From an uncultured bacterium (GTDB lineage Bacteria > CAYUVA01): a stretch of 64,000 nt of DNA. The stretch's first letter is position 1, and every line of letters starts with the position of its first letter. The stretch is taken from NCBI GenBank assembly GCA_964448115.1, contig CAYUVA010000018.1, forward strand, positions 1 to 64,000, written 5' to 3'. Positions 30,759-41,200 of this stretch are shown in pieces. The translations under genes and the position numbers were made by a program. Below the pieces are notes generated by a model. The model worked only from the letters and a program-made list of their open reading frames with translations, had not been told where the DNA came from and ran no database searches.

Positions 30759-31291
30759 CCAGAAGATCTAAAAAAGCTGACACGCAGGGTTAAATCCAGT
30801 TGGTCTTGATTATCGAAGCGCCTGTGGATGCGAATGCTGGAAAGGCTAATGGGTTGGTTGAGGCTCTCGATGCTGTAAAGGTACAAAAGAAGCTCATGCA
30901 TGCTTAGCCTTTGCAACCTGACCTCTACGGTTATGACGGTTGCGCCGCGCTCGCTGCGTGTATCCAAAGGTTTCAGGGATACCAGCTTGGAGCGAATGCC
31001 ATTTGCCTCAGCGTTGCGCTCCAGGAATGTTAAAAGAGAAAAGTTGCTTGATTGAGCTTGCTTGCTAGAGGAATGGACTGCATTATTTGCTCGAAGCAGT
31101 TCCAACTGGGCAGCTAATTGCTTGAGTTGTTCCATCTGCCTTTGTCGCGAGGCGATCTTGGCTTGCATCTCCCGGCTCTTTTGGGCTAGCGGATGTATCA
31201 CCAAGCTATAGTACAAGGCGAGCAGTATCACTGCTGTACCCACATAAACAAAACGCCTTTCCCTGCTTCTTAGCTTCATTAGCCTATCCAT
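30755..31291 (-). CDS. Type II secretion system protein GspM-like
   Basis: RSRERRFV + single TM + coiled coil + ferredoxin-like C-terminus (LLLYLYSIE); overlaps the GspL-like gene. Confidence 0.75.
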   Translation of the reverse strand: MDRLMKLRSRERRFVYVGTAVILLALYYSLVIHPLAQKSREMQAKIASRQRQMEQLKQLAAQLELLRANNAVHSSSKQAQSSNFSLLTFLERNAEANGIRSKLVSLKPLDTRSERGATVITVEVRLQRLSMHELLLYLYSIESLNQPISLSSIRIHRRFDNQDQLDLTLRVSFFRSSG

Positions 31292-32723
31292 TGGTTTCCA
31301 GCTTCAGTCTAAAGGTTATGTTCCCCTCTTTTGCGCTGACATCAGCCTTTTCTATGGAGACAGACTCGATATGAGCACTGGTTTGAAGAGCTTTTTTTAT
31401 TGCCTCAAGGTTTTCAAAGGAATCGATATATCCCTCGATAAAGGTATCGTTTCCCTCGATGCGTAGATCCACCACCTCTAATGGGATCTGCTCATCGATG
31501 ACAGATGATATAATATGCATGAGCTGTAATGGAGATAAGCTGCTTTCAGAGCCATAACCTATCTGGTTTCGCTTAAGCTCCCTTACTGCCTGGCGCATTT
31601 GTTCCACCTCGTTTACGACGCGAGTTGTATTGGGCATCTTTTCCTTGAACAGTAAAAGCATCTGGTTCTTCACCTGCTCATAACGCCTCTGTTGATGCCT
31701 CAAGGAGATGTAGGAATCCGCCACCGGCAAAAGCAATAAGCCGGCGAGAAAGACCGCCGCTGCTCGCATTATAAATTGCATCTGGTACCCACCGAGGGCT
31801 GAGGAGCCTGTAATAAAAAGGTCGGCAGGCATCGATTGCAGCGGAATGGAGGCTAATGACGCAACTGAAATCGCTTGATATACACTCGATAGCTTGGCAC
31901 CATTGAGCTTGACCTTTACCGCGCTATGCAGATCATCAATGCTTGAAGCGGGCAAGCCGAGCGCTTCTTTCAGCCTGTAGTTCAGGGACGAATCGCTCGG
32001 GATGTTCGTATATATCTCCTTGACCTGTTCTCTCCGATCTCTGGATAAGGATTTACAGAAAATCCTTACATGATTAAGCAAGATATCCTCGGTCGCATCG
32101 GTGTCCCCATCGGGTATCAGGAATGTCCTATATGCAAATAATTCCTTAGCAGAGGCAGCCAGCAGGCTGACCGAACCATTGTTTGTATCCACAAAGAGCC
32201 TTGCCGAATCGGGGTCGTCCCATTGTACCAGCCGATTGAACTGCTGCATAGCAATCGCCTGCGGGGTAGCGGATGCGATTACAGCCCCTTTGGCGATCGC
32301 TGCTTGAGATAGCTGATCCATAATTCCAGCCGCTGCAGCGAAGGCTAATACGCTCGATCCCTTGCTGCAAAATGCCTTATCGGTATAAGAGATGGCAAGA
32401 TCCTCCAATGTAGCTGGCAGCATAGCCTCCAGCTTGAAGGGGATCGCCTTTGCCAGGTTGCGAGCAGGTATGTCTCCCACCTCAAGGATGCGGTTATAAA
32501 GGTAAGTGCCTGGAATGATGAGCCTGTATCGCCCCTTGGCTGACAGGTTCCTAGCGATCTGGGTTATTAGCTCCTTAAGATCTCCAGGCTTCTGTTTTCC
32601 AGGAATCTCGATGGTTCTCGATGCGGTAATGCTGATAGAGCCTATCGAGCGATGAATGCGTATGAGCTTCAGTTTGCTGGTTCCCGGATGGATAACATCA
32701 AAGGTCTCAAATAAGAAGGACAA
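31284..32723 (-). CDS. Type II secretion GspL / PilM-PilN-like protein
   Basis: Actin-like cytoplasmic region (IPFKLEAMLP..LEDL), single TM near aa 320-335, VVNEVEQMR, periplasmic IEGYIDSFENLEAIKKAL. Confidence 0.7.
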   Translation of the reverse strand: MSFLFETFDVIHPGTSKLKLIRIHRSIGSISITASRTIEIPGKQKPGDLKELITQIARNLSAKGRYRLIIPGTYLYNRILEVGDIPARNLAKAIPFKLEAMLPATLEDLAISYTDKAFCSKGSSVLAFAAAAGIMDQLSQAAIAKGAVIASATPQAIAMQQFNRLVQWDDPDSARLFVDTNNGSVSLLAASAKELFAYRTFLIPDGDTDATEDILLNHVRIFCKSLSRDRREQVKEIYTNIPSDSSLNYRLKEALGLPASSIDDLHSAVKVKLNGAKLSSVYQAISVASLASIPLQSMPADLFITGSSALGGYQMQFIMRAAAVFLAGLLLLPVADSYISLRHQQRRYEQVKNQMLLLFKEKMPNTTRVVNEVEQMRQAVRELKRNQIGYGSESSLSPLQLMHIISSVIDEQIPLEVVDLRIEGNDTFIEGYIDSFENLEAIKKALQTSAHIESVSIEKADVSAKEGNITFRLKLETNG

Positions 32724-32750
32724 AGTAGGAGCCTCTTGGTCTTGATTTGA

Positions 32751-33152
32751 TCAGTTCCCCTTCAGGAAGAAATGAAAGGTATAAACATGGTCGTTTATGA
32801 TCGGCAGAGTTACCGTTCTCGTATAGGTTATCTCCGCGTTGAAGCTCTTGTCCGGGCTCCTGGTTACCTTGACCTTCTTGGGGTCGAGCGCGATTCCATA
32901 CTCCCTGGCAGCAGCCATGATATCATCGGTCATCGATTTCACTGTTGGTGGATCAGCATACCTGGAGAACTTATCCCAATTTAGTATTTCCTGACACTTG
33001 GTTTTGAACTTGGTGTTCTGCCACTTGGGCATATAGAACTTGTATCCCAGGAATCCGCCTACAACCAGCACGATGATGAATATCACCGTCGGCGCATTTG
33101 AGTTTGCCTTGCCTCTATTATTGGCAAGATAATTCGGTAAAAAACCCCTCAT
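32751..33152 (-). CDS. Small single-TM protein (DUF4845-like)
   Basis: N-terminal RG followed by one hydrophobic helix; C-terminal ITYTRTVTLP...YTFHF. Confidence 0.55.
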   Translation of the reverse strand: MRGFLPNYLANNRGKANSNAPTVIFIIVLVVGGFLGYKFYMPKWQNTKFKTKCQEILNWDKFSRYADPPTVKSMTDDIMAAAREYGIALDPKKVKVTRSPDKSFNAEITYTRTVTLPIINDHVYTFHFFLKGN

Positions 33153-33199
33153 AATATTCCCTCCTTCGTATTAAGGTAAGATGTCATCTTGATCCCGCT

Positions 33200-34594
33200 T
33201 TATTTAATCTTTTTTGATGGTTTCTCGATGCCATATTTTTCCATCCTGTATCTTAATGATCTGAAGCTGATATTAAGCAGCTCAGCAGCGTCCTTTTTTA
33301 CCCAGTTTGCCTTCTCGAAGGCTTTATATAAAAGGTCTTTCTCGAATTCAGCCACCATCTTCTCGAAATCAAGCCCCTCAACGGGGAATTCATTTGTTTT
33401 TTGCAGTGTAATCGATGGTCTTTTAGATTCCCTTATCTTGGAGGGTAGTGAATCGATCCCCAACTCTTCGCTTGCAGCAAGTGCCAGCCCGCGCTCGATG
33501 ACATTTTCCAGCTCTCTTATATTCCCCGGCCACGAATATGCCATTAGACATTCCATAGCCTCCTCGGAGACACCCTTTAATCTCTTATTCACCTTGGTTC
33601 GATACTTTTTCAGGAAGTGATCCACCAGCAAGGGGATATCCTCTTTTCTTTCTCTAAGCGGAGGGATCTTAATCTGCACTACATTTAGGCGATAGTATAG
33701 GTCCTCACGGAATCTCCCCTCTTCCACCGCCTTCTCAAGGTTCTGATTGGAGGCGGCGATAAAACGAACATCGACCTGTATATCCTTTAATCCACCGACC
33801 CGCTTAAAAGCCTGGTTCTCCAGGAAACGAAGGAACTTAACCTGTAGCGACGGATAGGTCTCGCCGACCTCATCCAAGAAGAAGGTGCCCTTGTCGGCAG
33901 CCTCAAGCAGACCTTGCTTATTGGAGATAGCACCGGTAAACGCGCCCTTAACATGTCCGAAGATCTCGCTCTCCAGTAGGTTCTCCGGGATCGCTCCGCA
34001 GTTGACTGCGACAAAGGGTGCATTTCGTCTAGGACCGTTATGGTGCAGCGCTCTGGCTACCAGCTCCTTGCCGGTTCCGCTCTCGCCGGTGATAAGCACC
34101 GTGCTATCGACCCTGGAGAGCTTCTCGATCATATTTATAACCTCGGTTATAGCCGAGCTTTTGCCGATGATATTGTCATAGCTGTAGCGACCCTTAAGCT
34201 CGCGCTTCAGCTCGACATTCTCCTTGTGGATGCGCTCGAACTCCAATGCCTTGTTGATAACCATCTTGATCTCCTCGACATTGAACGGCTTTGTTATGTA
34301 ATCATAAGCCCCCAGCTTCATCGCTTGCACCGCGGTCTCGGCAGATGCATAAGCGGTGATCATGATAAACATGGTCTGCGGCTTTTTCTCCTTGACCTCT
34401 TTTAGCACCTCGAGACCGTTTACCTGGGGCATCTGTATATCAGCAATAACCAGGTCATAGTTATTGGATAGCGCCATATTGATCGCCTCTGCACCGCTAC
34501 CGGTCGCATCTACCTCGTGCTTCTCCTTTAGCAGAAGGATAGTCAGAAACTCCCTCATGCTGCGCTCATCATCCACTACAAGTATGGAGCTCAT
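33200..34594 (-). CDS. Sigma54-dependent response regulator (NtrC/PilR-like)
   Basis: Receiver (VVDDE, DIQMP, KPF), GESGTGKE, GAFTGA, FLDEVGE, WPGNIRELEN, Fis HTH ISFRSLRYR. Confidence 0.93.
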   Translation of the reverse strand: MSSILVVDDERSMREFLTILLLKEKHEVDATGSGAEAINMALSNNYDLVIADIQMPQVNGLEVLKEVKEKKPQTMFIMITAYASAETAVQAMKLGAYDYITKPFNVEEIKMVINKALEFERIHKENVELKRELKGRYSYDNIIGKSSAITEVINMIEKLSRVDSTVLITGESGTGKELVARALHHNGPRRNAPFVAVNCGAIPENLLESEIFGHVKGAFTGAISNKQGLLEAADKGTFFLDEVGETYPSLQVKFLRFLENQAFKRVGGLKDIQVDVRFIAASNQNLEKAVEEGRFREDLYYRLNVVQIKIPPLRERKEDIPLLVDHFLKKYRTKVNKRLKGVSEEAMECLMAYSWPGNIRELENVIERGLALAASEELGIDSLPSKIRESKRPSITLQKTNEFPVEGLDFEKMVAEFEKDLLYKAFEKANWVKKDAAELLNISFRSLRYRMEKYGIEKPSKKIK

Positions 34595-34639
34595 GTATCG
34601 TCTATCCTCAAATCATATTTTCCGATTTCATTACTTCAT

Positions 34640-34668
34640 ATTTTAACCATTGAGATAATTGGTGTCAA
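34640..34668 (-). promoter_or_regulatory. Near-consensus sigma70 promoter for the PilR-like/gspL/gspM operon
   Basis: Minus strand TTGACA-N17-TAAAAT, about 45 bp upstream of the ATG at 34594. Confidence 0.65.
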
Positions 34669-34682
34669 ATATTGTCACCCAA

Positions 34683-34733
34683 CTGGAATGCCGCCGGAGT
34701 TTACCCCGCACTTGATGCAGGGCGGAAATGACA
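34683..34733. repeat. GTCATTCC-type REP-like element (family A, minus orientation)
   Basis: Reverse complement TGTCATTTCCGCCCTGCATCAAGTGCGGGG...GGCGGCATTCCAG. Confidence 0.55.
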
Positions 34734-34941
34734 TGGGGGGACCTGGTGGCGACAAAAATTATATATCAAGAGCAGCACCGATCCCGCCCTATTTGGGAGG
34801 CACGAAGATTATGACGCGCGAAAGTGTGCTATCTTGATAGGTAAGTAATCTAAAGACTAAAGATTTCCTTTGTGGCCTAGTGCCATAGTGGTTCAATAGC
34901 TATTAGCACCAGGTGCAATATTCTAGCCACCTTGCCTTTGA

Positions 34942-36252
34942 TTACGGATCGACCTTCAACATCGGCAGGTAGATTACCGGGTTGTCGCAAAGATCCCATC
35001 CAGCCAGCAAGAAAAGGGAATCGCTCCTCAGTAGCTCAGCCTCTATGCTATCTACCAGGGTGAGTACCATATCGCTTTTGGTTGCATCGCCATCTTGCCC
35101 ATAGTCGTTCAGTGTGCTCTCCAGGACTGTCATCTCGCCATCCGAGGCTATAAAAGCTATGTATAGGCGCTTGAGGTGCTTATCATCGGTAATGGCTACC
35201 ACGCTGAAGGTTGCTTTACCATTCATGGTGATATTTGTGTCCCAGAATCCAGCAGCCAATATTCGTGGGGAAGTGTAATCGACTACAATGGTATCGCTGA
35301 CCGCAACGCTGGTATTCCCTGCCCTGTCCACTGCCTGAACGCGCACTTCGAGCGTTCCCTGGGGGGCTCCCTGCCAGTATGAGTAGGGTTTGCTTGTCTT
35401 ACCCGGATTTAAACGCGGGTGGCTGGGATACTCCTTGCCATCAGCGAAATAGCTAAGCATATAATTATCGATTCCTGGCTGTTCTCTGCAATAGCCGGCA
35501 TCGAGAAAGCCGCGCCAGGTGATTAGCAGGTTCGTCGAGTTCGAGTAATAAGCCCCGCCATCGATAACAACCTCGGCATGGCTTCCGGGATAGGGTGGCA
35601 ATGTGTCGATACAAAGGGATGCTCTTGCCGTATCTGATATATTGCCAGCGCAATCCTGGGCTTTTATCTCGATGGTGTGTTCGCCATCAGCCAGCGGATA
35701 AAGCATAAGGCATGGATGGTCAGCGAATCCGCTCGCCTGCCCATCAACGGTGAAGTAATAGCCCCATACTCCAGAAGGAGAATCGCCAATGGAATCCTGG
35801 AAGCCCTCGGCACAGACCAGAGCTTTGTTCTGATTGCGATATCCATTTAATGCATCGGCGATAGTAACCGCTCCGACAAGCGGTGCATAAAGGTCTAATG
35901 CTATCGAAGCCCCCGCCTGTGCCCAGGAGCCATCGTCTCCCTTTACCTTGCAATATAACTGTCGAGCGCCCTCCTGCAATGGATCGCTGAAGGTATAGAG
36001 ATATTCGCTTCCTGTGTAAGTGTATTCCTTGTAGCTGCCCTGGGGATCCTCGCCCAGATAGAATATTGTGGCATTGCCATCGGCGATGCTCAGGTGCACA
36101 GCGACGGTGGCGCTGTTGCTGTATAGTCGTACCTGTTCAGCAGACTGGTTGGGTACTGGATCATGGTCGTAAAGACAGAACTCGTCAATAGCAATCGACC
36201 AGGCAGGGGATGCCAGAACCGCAAGCAATAATGTACAAACGAGGATTTTCAT
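34942..36252 (-). CDS. Secreted protein with Ig-like beta-sandwich repeats and conserved C-terminal domain
   Basis: Signal peptide; repeated DGEHTIEIKAQDCAGN / EVRVQAVDRAGN and D..PP junctions; CTD PRILAAGFWDT...LPMLKVDP. Confidence 0.8.
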   Translation of the reverse strand: MKILVCTLLLAVLASPAWSIAIDEFCLYDHDPVPNQSAEQVRLYSNSATVAVHLSIADGNATIFYLGEDPQGSYKEYTYTGSEYLYTFSDPLQEGARQLYCKVKGDDGSWAQAGASIALDLYAPLVGAVTIADALNGYRNQNKALVCAEGFQDSIGDSPSGVWGYYFTVDGQASGFADHPCLMLYPLADGEHTIEIKAQDCAGNISDTARASLCIDTLPPYPGSHAEVVIDGGAYYSNSTNLLITWRGFLDAGYCREQPGIDNYMLSYFADGKEYPSHPRLNPGKTSKPYSYWQGAPQGTLEVRVQAVDRAGNTSVAVSDTIVVDYTSPRILAAGFWDTNITMNGKATFSVVAITDDKHLKRLYIAFIASDGEMTVLESTLNDYGQDGDATKSDMVLTLVDSIEAELLRSDSLFLLAGWDLCDNPVIYLPMLKVDP

Positions 36253-36364
36253 CGCTTCTATTACATCACTTCCTCTTTGCGTTCTTTGTCCCGTTATATC
36301 GGTATAGATTTCTTCTTTGCGTGCCCCGGCTTCGCTGGGGGCGGGCTTTGTGGTTCAAAAGCCC

Positions 36365-37951
36365 TCAAGCCTCAAGTCTTAAGCTTTTCTTCCTTCGTTT
36401 TTCCATGAATCGTCTGATGCGGGCGAAATCACCGGTAAAAAGCGCTTTGAAGCCCCTGAACAAGGTGCTTATCACCGCGCTGGCTGCGATTAAGAATATC
36501 CATAGCCGAGAAAACATAGGGCGATTGAGTAGCTTAACCAGCGGCTTGAGCATCATCAACCTGAAGATGAAATTTGGTATCCACCGGTAGTTGCGCATGA
36601 AGATTAGGAAGTTGATATAAGTAGGCAGGGGCGCGCCAAAGGCTTTACGATAGACATCCCTGTGCTCATCGGTGATAAGCCGGTCAACTATGGCTCGGTG
36701 ATACACGCCGGTCTCCGGGTAGAGCACCAGCGATGATGGCTTTAATCCATAAGGCTTGGGTATTTCTAGGATAAGGCGCAGCGTGTCGAGCTTCTCATCT
36801 ACTGTCGCCCAGGGATTGTCCAGGATCAGGTGATAATCGGGCGGCAAGATCCGATCCTTGAACCTGCTAATTACCTGTGTCGCCTTGAGCACAGTGCTGT
36901 TAGGCATGGGACGATTGTAGATCTCTTTGTTTATCCTTTCAGCCCCGGTCTGGATGCCCATCTCTAAATACTTCATGCCGGCATCGACCAGTAGCTCTAT
37001 CTTCTTGTAGGTCGTGGTCGATGGACTGCACTGAGCCGCGAAGGGGAGTCCGATCTCCTGCTTGTATCGCTCGCAGAATTCGGCAAGGCGCTCGGTCGGC
37101 TGGGCGAGTAGGGAATCGTCGAAGAATCCTATCGCATTTATCCACGGGAAGCGCTTTATGACCGATTTCAGCTCATCCATCACATGATCATGCGAGCGCC
37201 AGCGCAGGTACTTCTGCTTTCCATAGCGATCCTTGTAGATGGAGACACAGCAATAGGCACAGCGATGCGGACAGCCACGGCTGGTCATTGTCTTGTAGTG
37301 GTAAAGCTCGCCCAGCGGAGACAGCGGTCCCTGAATCAAAACCATTTTGAGCAGCTCATCGCTCAGGGGCACCACCCTTTGTCTCTCGTGATCCAGGCAA
37401 TAATGATCTGTAGGATCAAAGTCGGGCGGCGGTATCTCATCAAGATCTTGTATCAGCGGATGCAGTGGATTGAGCCTTATATCACCATTGATCCTGAAGC
37501 CCAAGGTGCGAATGTCTGTGTAGTCCTCACCCTTTTCGGTCTTTTCTAAAAGCTCGACCAGAGCATCCTCAGCCTCACCGAGCGAGATAATGTCAGCATA
37601 CTTCAGCGACTCGTCAGGTCTTATTATCGAGTGTACCCCGCCCCAGAGTACCTTTGCATCGCTTCGTTCGTGTAAGGCTTGACTCAATTGTACAGCAAGG
37701 TCGAAGTAGTAGGTGAGCAGCGAGATGCCTACAAAGTCGCAGCCTTGGCAGATCTCGATGACATCATCGATGATTTGGGGGGGATATTGTTTCACCTCGC
37801 CGGACTCGAAGCGAATCAGCTCGGTAGGAGGTGGCAGGAATATCATTCGTGGCTCGTATCCATGCTTCTTCAGGTATGATGATAGGCAGCGCACCCCGTA
37901 AGCCCGAATATCCGGGCAGGTTATCTCGATAAGTGCAATCCTCGGCTTCAT
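36365..37951 (-). CDS. Cobalamin-binding radical SAM protein
   Basis: N-terminal B12-binding domain (WGGVH, GEAE), TSRGCPHRCAYC, GIQTG. Confidence 0.9.
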   Translation of the reverse strand: MKPRIALIEITCPDIRAYGVRCLSSYLKKHGYEPRMIFLPPPTELIRFESGEVKQYPPQIIDDVIEICQGCDFVGISLLTYYFDLAVQLSQALHERSDAKVLWGGVHSIIRPDESLKYADIISLGEAEDALVELLEKTEKGEDYTDIRTLGFRINGDIRLNPLHPLIQDLDEIPPPDFDPTDHYCLDHERQRVVPLSDELLKMVLIQGPLSPLGELYHYKTMTSRGCPHRCAYCCVSIYKDRYGKQKYLRWRSHDHVMDELKSVIKRFPWINAIGFFDDSLLAQPTERLAEFCERYKQEIGLPFAAQCSPSTTTYKKIELLVDAGMKYLEMGIQTGAERINKEIYNRPMPNSTVLKATQVISRFKDRILPPDYHLILDNPWATVDEKLDTLRLILEIPKPYGLKPSSLVLYPETGVYHRAIVDRLITDEHRDVYRKAFGAPLPTYINFLIFMRNYRWIPNFIFRLMMLKPLVKLLNRPMFSRLWIFLIAASAVISTLFRGFKALFTGDFARIRRFMEKRRKKSLRLEA

Positions 37952-38055
37952 TGTAAGTTAATATAGCCTAATGATCGATTATCGCAAGCTAGCGTTCAAC
38001 TAACCTCTAGCTACCAACCTAATTACTGTCAACTGCTCAAATAGCAACCGCATAA

Positions 38056-38106
38056 CTGGATTCACGCCCCCGTCCCGATAAATGACAAACGCGGGCGGGA
38101 ATCCGG
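38056..38106. repeat. REP-like hairpin (family A related)
   Basis: CTGGATTCACGCCC...GGGCGGGAATCCGG imperfect inverted repeat. Confidence 0.55.
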
Positions 38107-38233
38107 CTCCTATCAAAGCTGAACTTGTTATCAAAATCAATTCTTCAGAGCTGTTGTTAACTAGAGATGATAGATCTTATTTTGCACCGATGATATAATT
38201 TTTAGTTGTTAATGCTTGGATTAATTCCCCTTT

Positions 38234-41200
38234 TTGCAAGTCATGGAAGCGAATAATGTAGAGATCATAGGTGGGTGTGCAGGCAGCGGCAAGACCAGTG
38301 CATGTATAGAGAAGATCCTTGATGTATGCCAGGATAGAGCCTATAAAACAGGCAATATCCTTGCCCTCTGCGCCAACCAGGGATTGGTGAGAAAATTTCA
38401 CGAGGATCTACTGAGCGCGGGGAATCTGCCAGGAATAGCCGGCTTCAAAGCCATGACCTTCCATCAGCTCGCCATCTTCCTTCTGGGTAATCTACGCCCG
38501 ATAAACGACCTGCTAAGGTTTAAGCTCGTACAACACGCCATGAGCCTAGTAGAGCCTGAAGCCTTCAATAGTGTAATACACTACCCTGGATTCATTCGCA
38601 CCGCTGCTGCCATCATCGCTGAGATGCAACAAGGTCTCATTGATCCTAAGGTATTCCTTGATGTCTCCAATGAGTTGATCATGGAAAATATTGATAACGA
38701 GCAACAACAATCATTGATTTACAAATCAGAGATTAAGCAATTGCACGATATCTCCCTGGTATATAACAGGTATCTCGAACTGCTGGAGACTTATGGTTTG
38801 ATTGATGAAGACCAGCTCTATGTTCAGGCTGCCAAAAGACTCGATGAGGGGACATTAGCCCCTGAGCCGATCGAGCTTTTGGTGGTGGATGGCTTCAGCG
38901 ACTTCACCGACAGCCAGTTCGCTATACTAAGACACCTGGTAAATGCTTCCCATAAAGTTGTAATTACCTTGACGCTTGATAGCCAGCGCCCGGAGCTTTT
39001 CCAATTAGCTGAACGCACCAAAAGAAAACTGCATAGCCTCGGCATCATCAAAGAAACATGGCTTGGTGAACCTGTAAGATTCAATGATGAAGCACTCGGC
39101 GCCATATCGACTCGTCTGTTCGGGGAGGCTGCTTCATCAAGGAAAACCAAGCCGATACCAGGCGAGGTATATCTCTTGAGGTCGCCTAGGCAGATCATTC
39201 AATATGAGCAGGCAGCGCTCGAAATACACAAACTGGTCAAAGCGGGAAAGGCAAAGTACGAGGATATAATCGTAGCCCTGCCCCAGATTGATGAGAATAG
39301 AAGCTTCATGACCAGAGCCTTCGAGCTTTATGACATCCCCAGCTCATTGAAAGATACCGTTTCGCTTGGCAAAACTTACACCGGTAATAGATTCCTGTCG
39401 CTGCTAAAGCTTATATCCCCTGAAGACGAAGCTCAGCAGACGGTAGATTACCTGTACAACCTATCTCCAATCCTGGATAGAGGGGACGCAGAGGTCTTTT
39501 ACATACAATCCATGAGGCACGGCTTCAAGGGAAGCGATGATGCCTGGAAACTTTGCCTGGATAACCGCGAGATAACCGAAACTGGTCGAGAGGTGATGCA
39601 CAATGTTCGCCATCAGGTAAAGGATCTCAGGGAGACCACATCGCTTCGCAGATTTATGGATAAAATAAAGCATGAGCTATCAGAAATATTAAAATATGCC
39701 CCAAAGATAAGCCCAGATCCGGACCGAGAACTGGCAACCTCAAAGCAGATCCTCGATGCTATGGCGCAGATCGGTTGGTATTGGCTTCATGTCGGCATCG
39801 GCAGTGAAAAAGAGAGGATAATGCGCTTCAACGAGGACCTGATAAGAGAGCTTGACTCGAAGCTGGTCAGCCCGAGTGCTGAAGGTCAGGGCGTGGTGGT
39901 GGCAAGCCCTTATGAGCTAAGGGTATCGCAGTGTAAGTACCTATTTTTGCTGAATTTTTCCATCGATGAATTTCCCCCTCGCAGCAGGGAGCATCCAATA
40001 ATCGGCGATCGAATTCGCCGGATGCTTAGCGAGCGTTACAGGATGCCTTTTCGTCTAGCAGTGCAGCGGGTAATAGAGAATCGGCTGCTGCTTTACCAAC
40101 TGATGACCAGGGCATCCGATGGCGTCTATCTGCTTTACAGTGAGCTAGGCAGTGGCGACAGCTCCGAGCGCCAGCCATCGCTATTCTTCGAGGATATCGA
40201 ACTGGTAGCAAAGGTCAAGATGCTGACCCTAAAGGCTAACCAAATCGTATTTCCGTTCCAGGATACGGTCAACCATGCCAGGGCAAGGCTGGCAGAGACG
40301 CATCGCATCATCGAAGGTGTCCGTTCCAGGAGAAACCTGCCATCGGTTATCCAACACGTCGCCCAACTGCACCCGGGTGATGGCGATAACAACCATTACT
40401 ATCAAATCTTCAAAACCGCATATCTTTACCTGTCGCCATCAAGAAAGGAACCCAAACTCGATGATGTTGTAATAGCCAAAATCCCCAAACTGACCAAGGT
40501 GCTCTCCGAGTCGAGTTTGCGATGCTTCAGTCTTTGTCCCTACCAGCACTTCGTTCGCTATCTTATTCAGCTTCGTCCCCTTCCGGAGGCATACTCGCGT
40601 TTGGATGAAGGCTCTATCCTGCATCACTGTCTGAAAACTATCATGGAGACCTATTGTAACAGCTCTTCGTCTCCCTGGAGCGAGCCGTTGGAGGACTGCA
40701 AGCAAGCTCTTTTAGGGTATGCCAAAGCGTATTTGGATAGCCTGGCTGATGGCTCTAGCTTTCGGGGATTGGAACCCTTCGAGGTTCAGTTGGAGATCAG
40801 CCGGCTAAGGATGCTCATAGAAAGGTTTCTAGATTGGGAGATACCGGCGATCTATAGAAGTAGGCTCAAGCCGGTTATCTTCGAGTACAAGTTTGGAGGC
40901 TCCAGTACCCGGGAAGGCAACCTTGTTATCCAGGGGCAAACGGGCGAAATCGAGATCACCGGCAAGATAGACCGGGTGGACATGAATCAAGATAAGACTG
41001 CTGCCTCGGTTATTGACTATAAGCTGAACAAAATCGAATTCGCTCTCGATAAGCTCGACACCGGCAGGTATCTTCAGCTCCCCATCTACCTGCTTGCCGT
41101 AAAAGAGGTGCTTAATAAAGAGCCAGTTAGCGCTCAGCTCAGGTCGATCAAACGATTGAGCAGCACAGGAATTCACTCAACCATAATGGCAAGCTATGAT

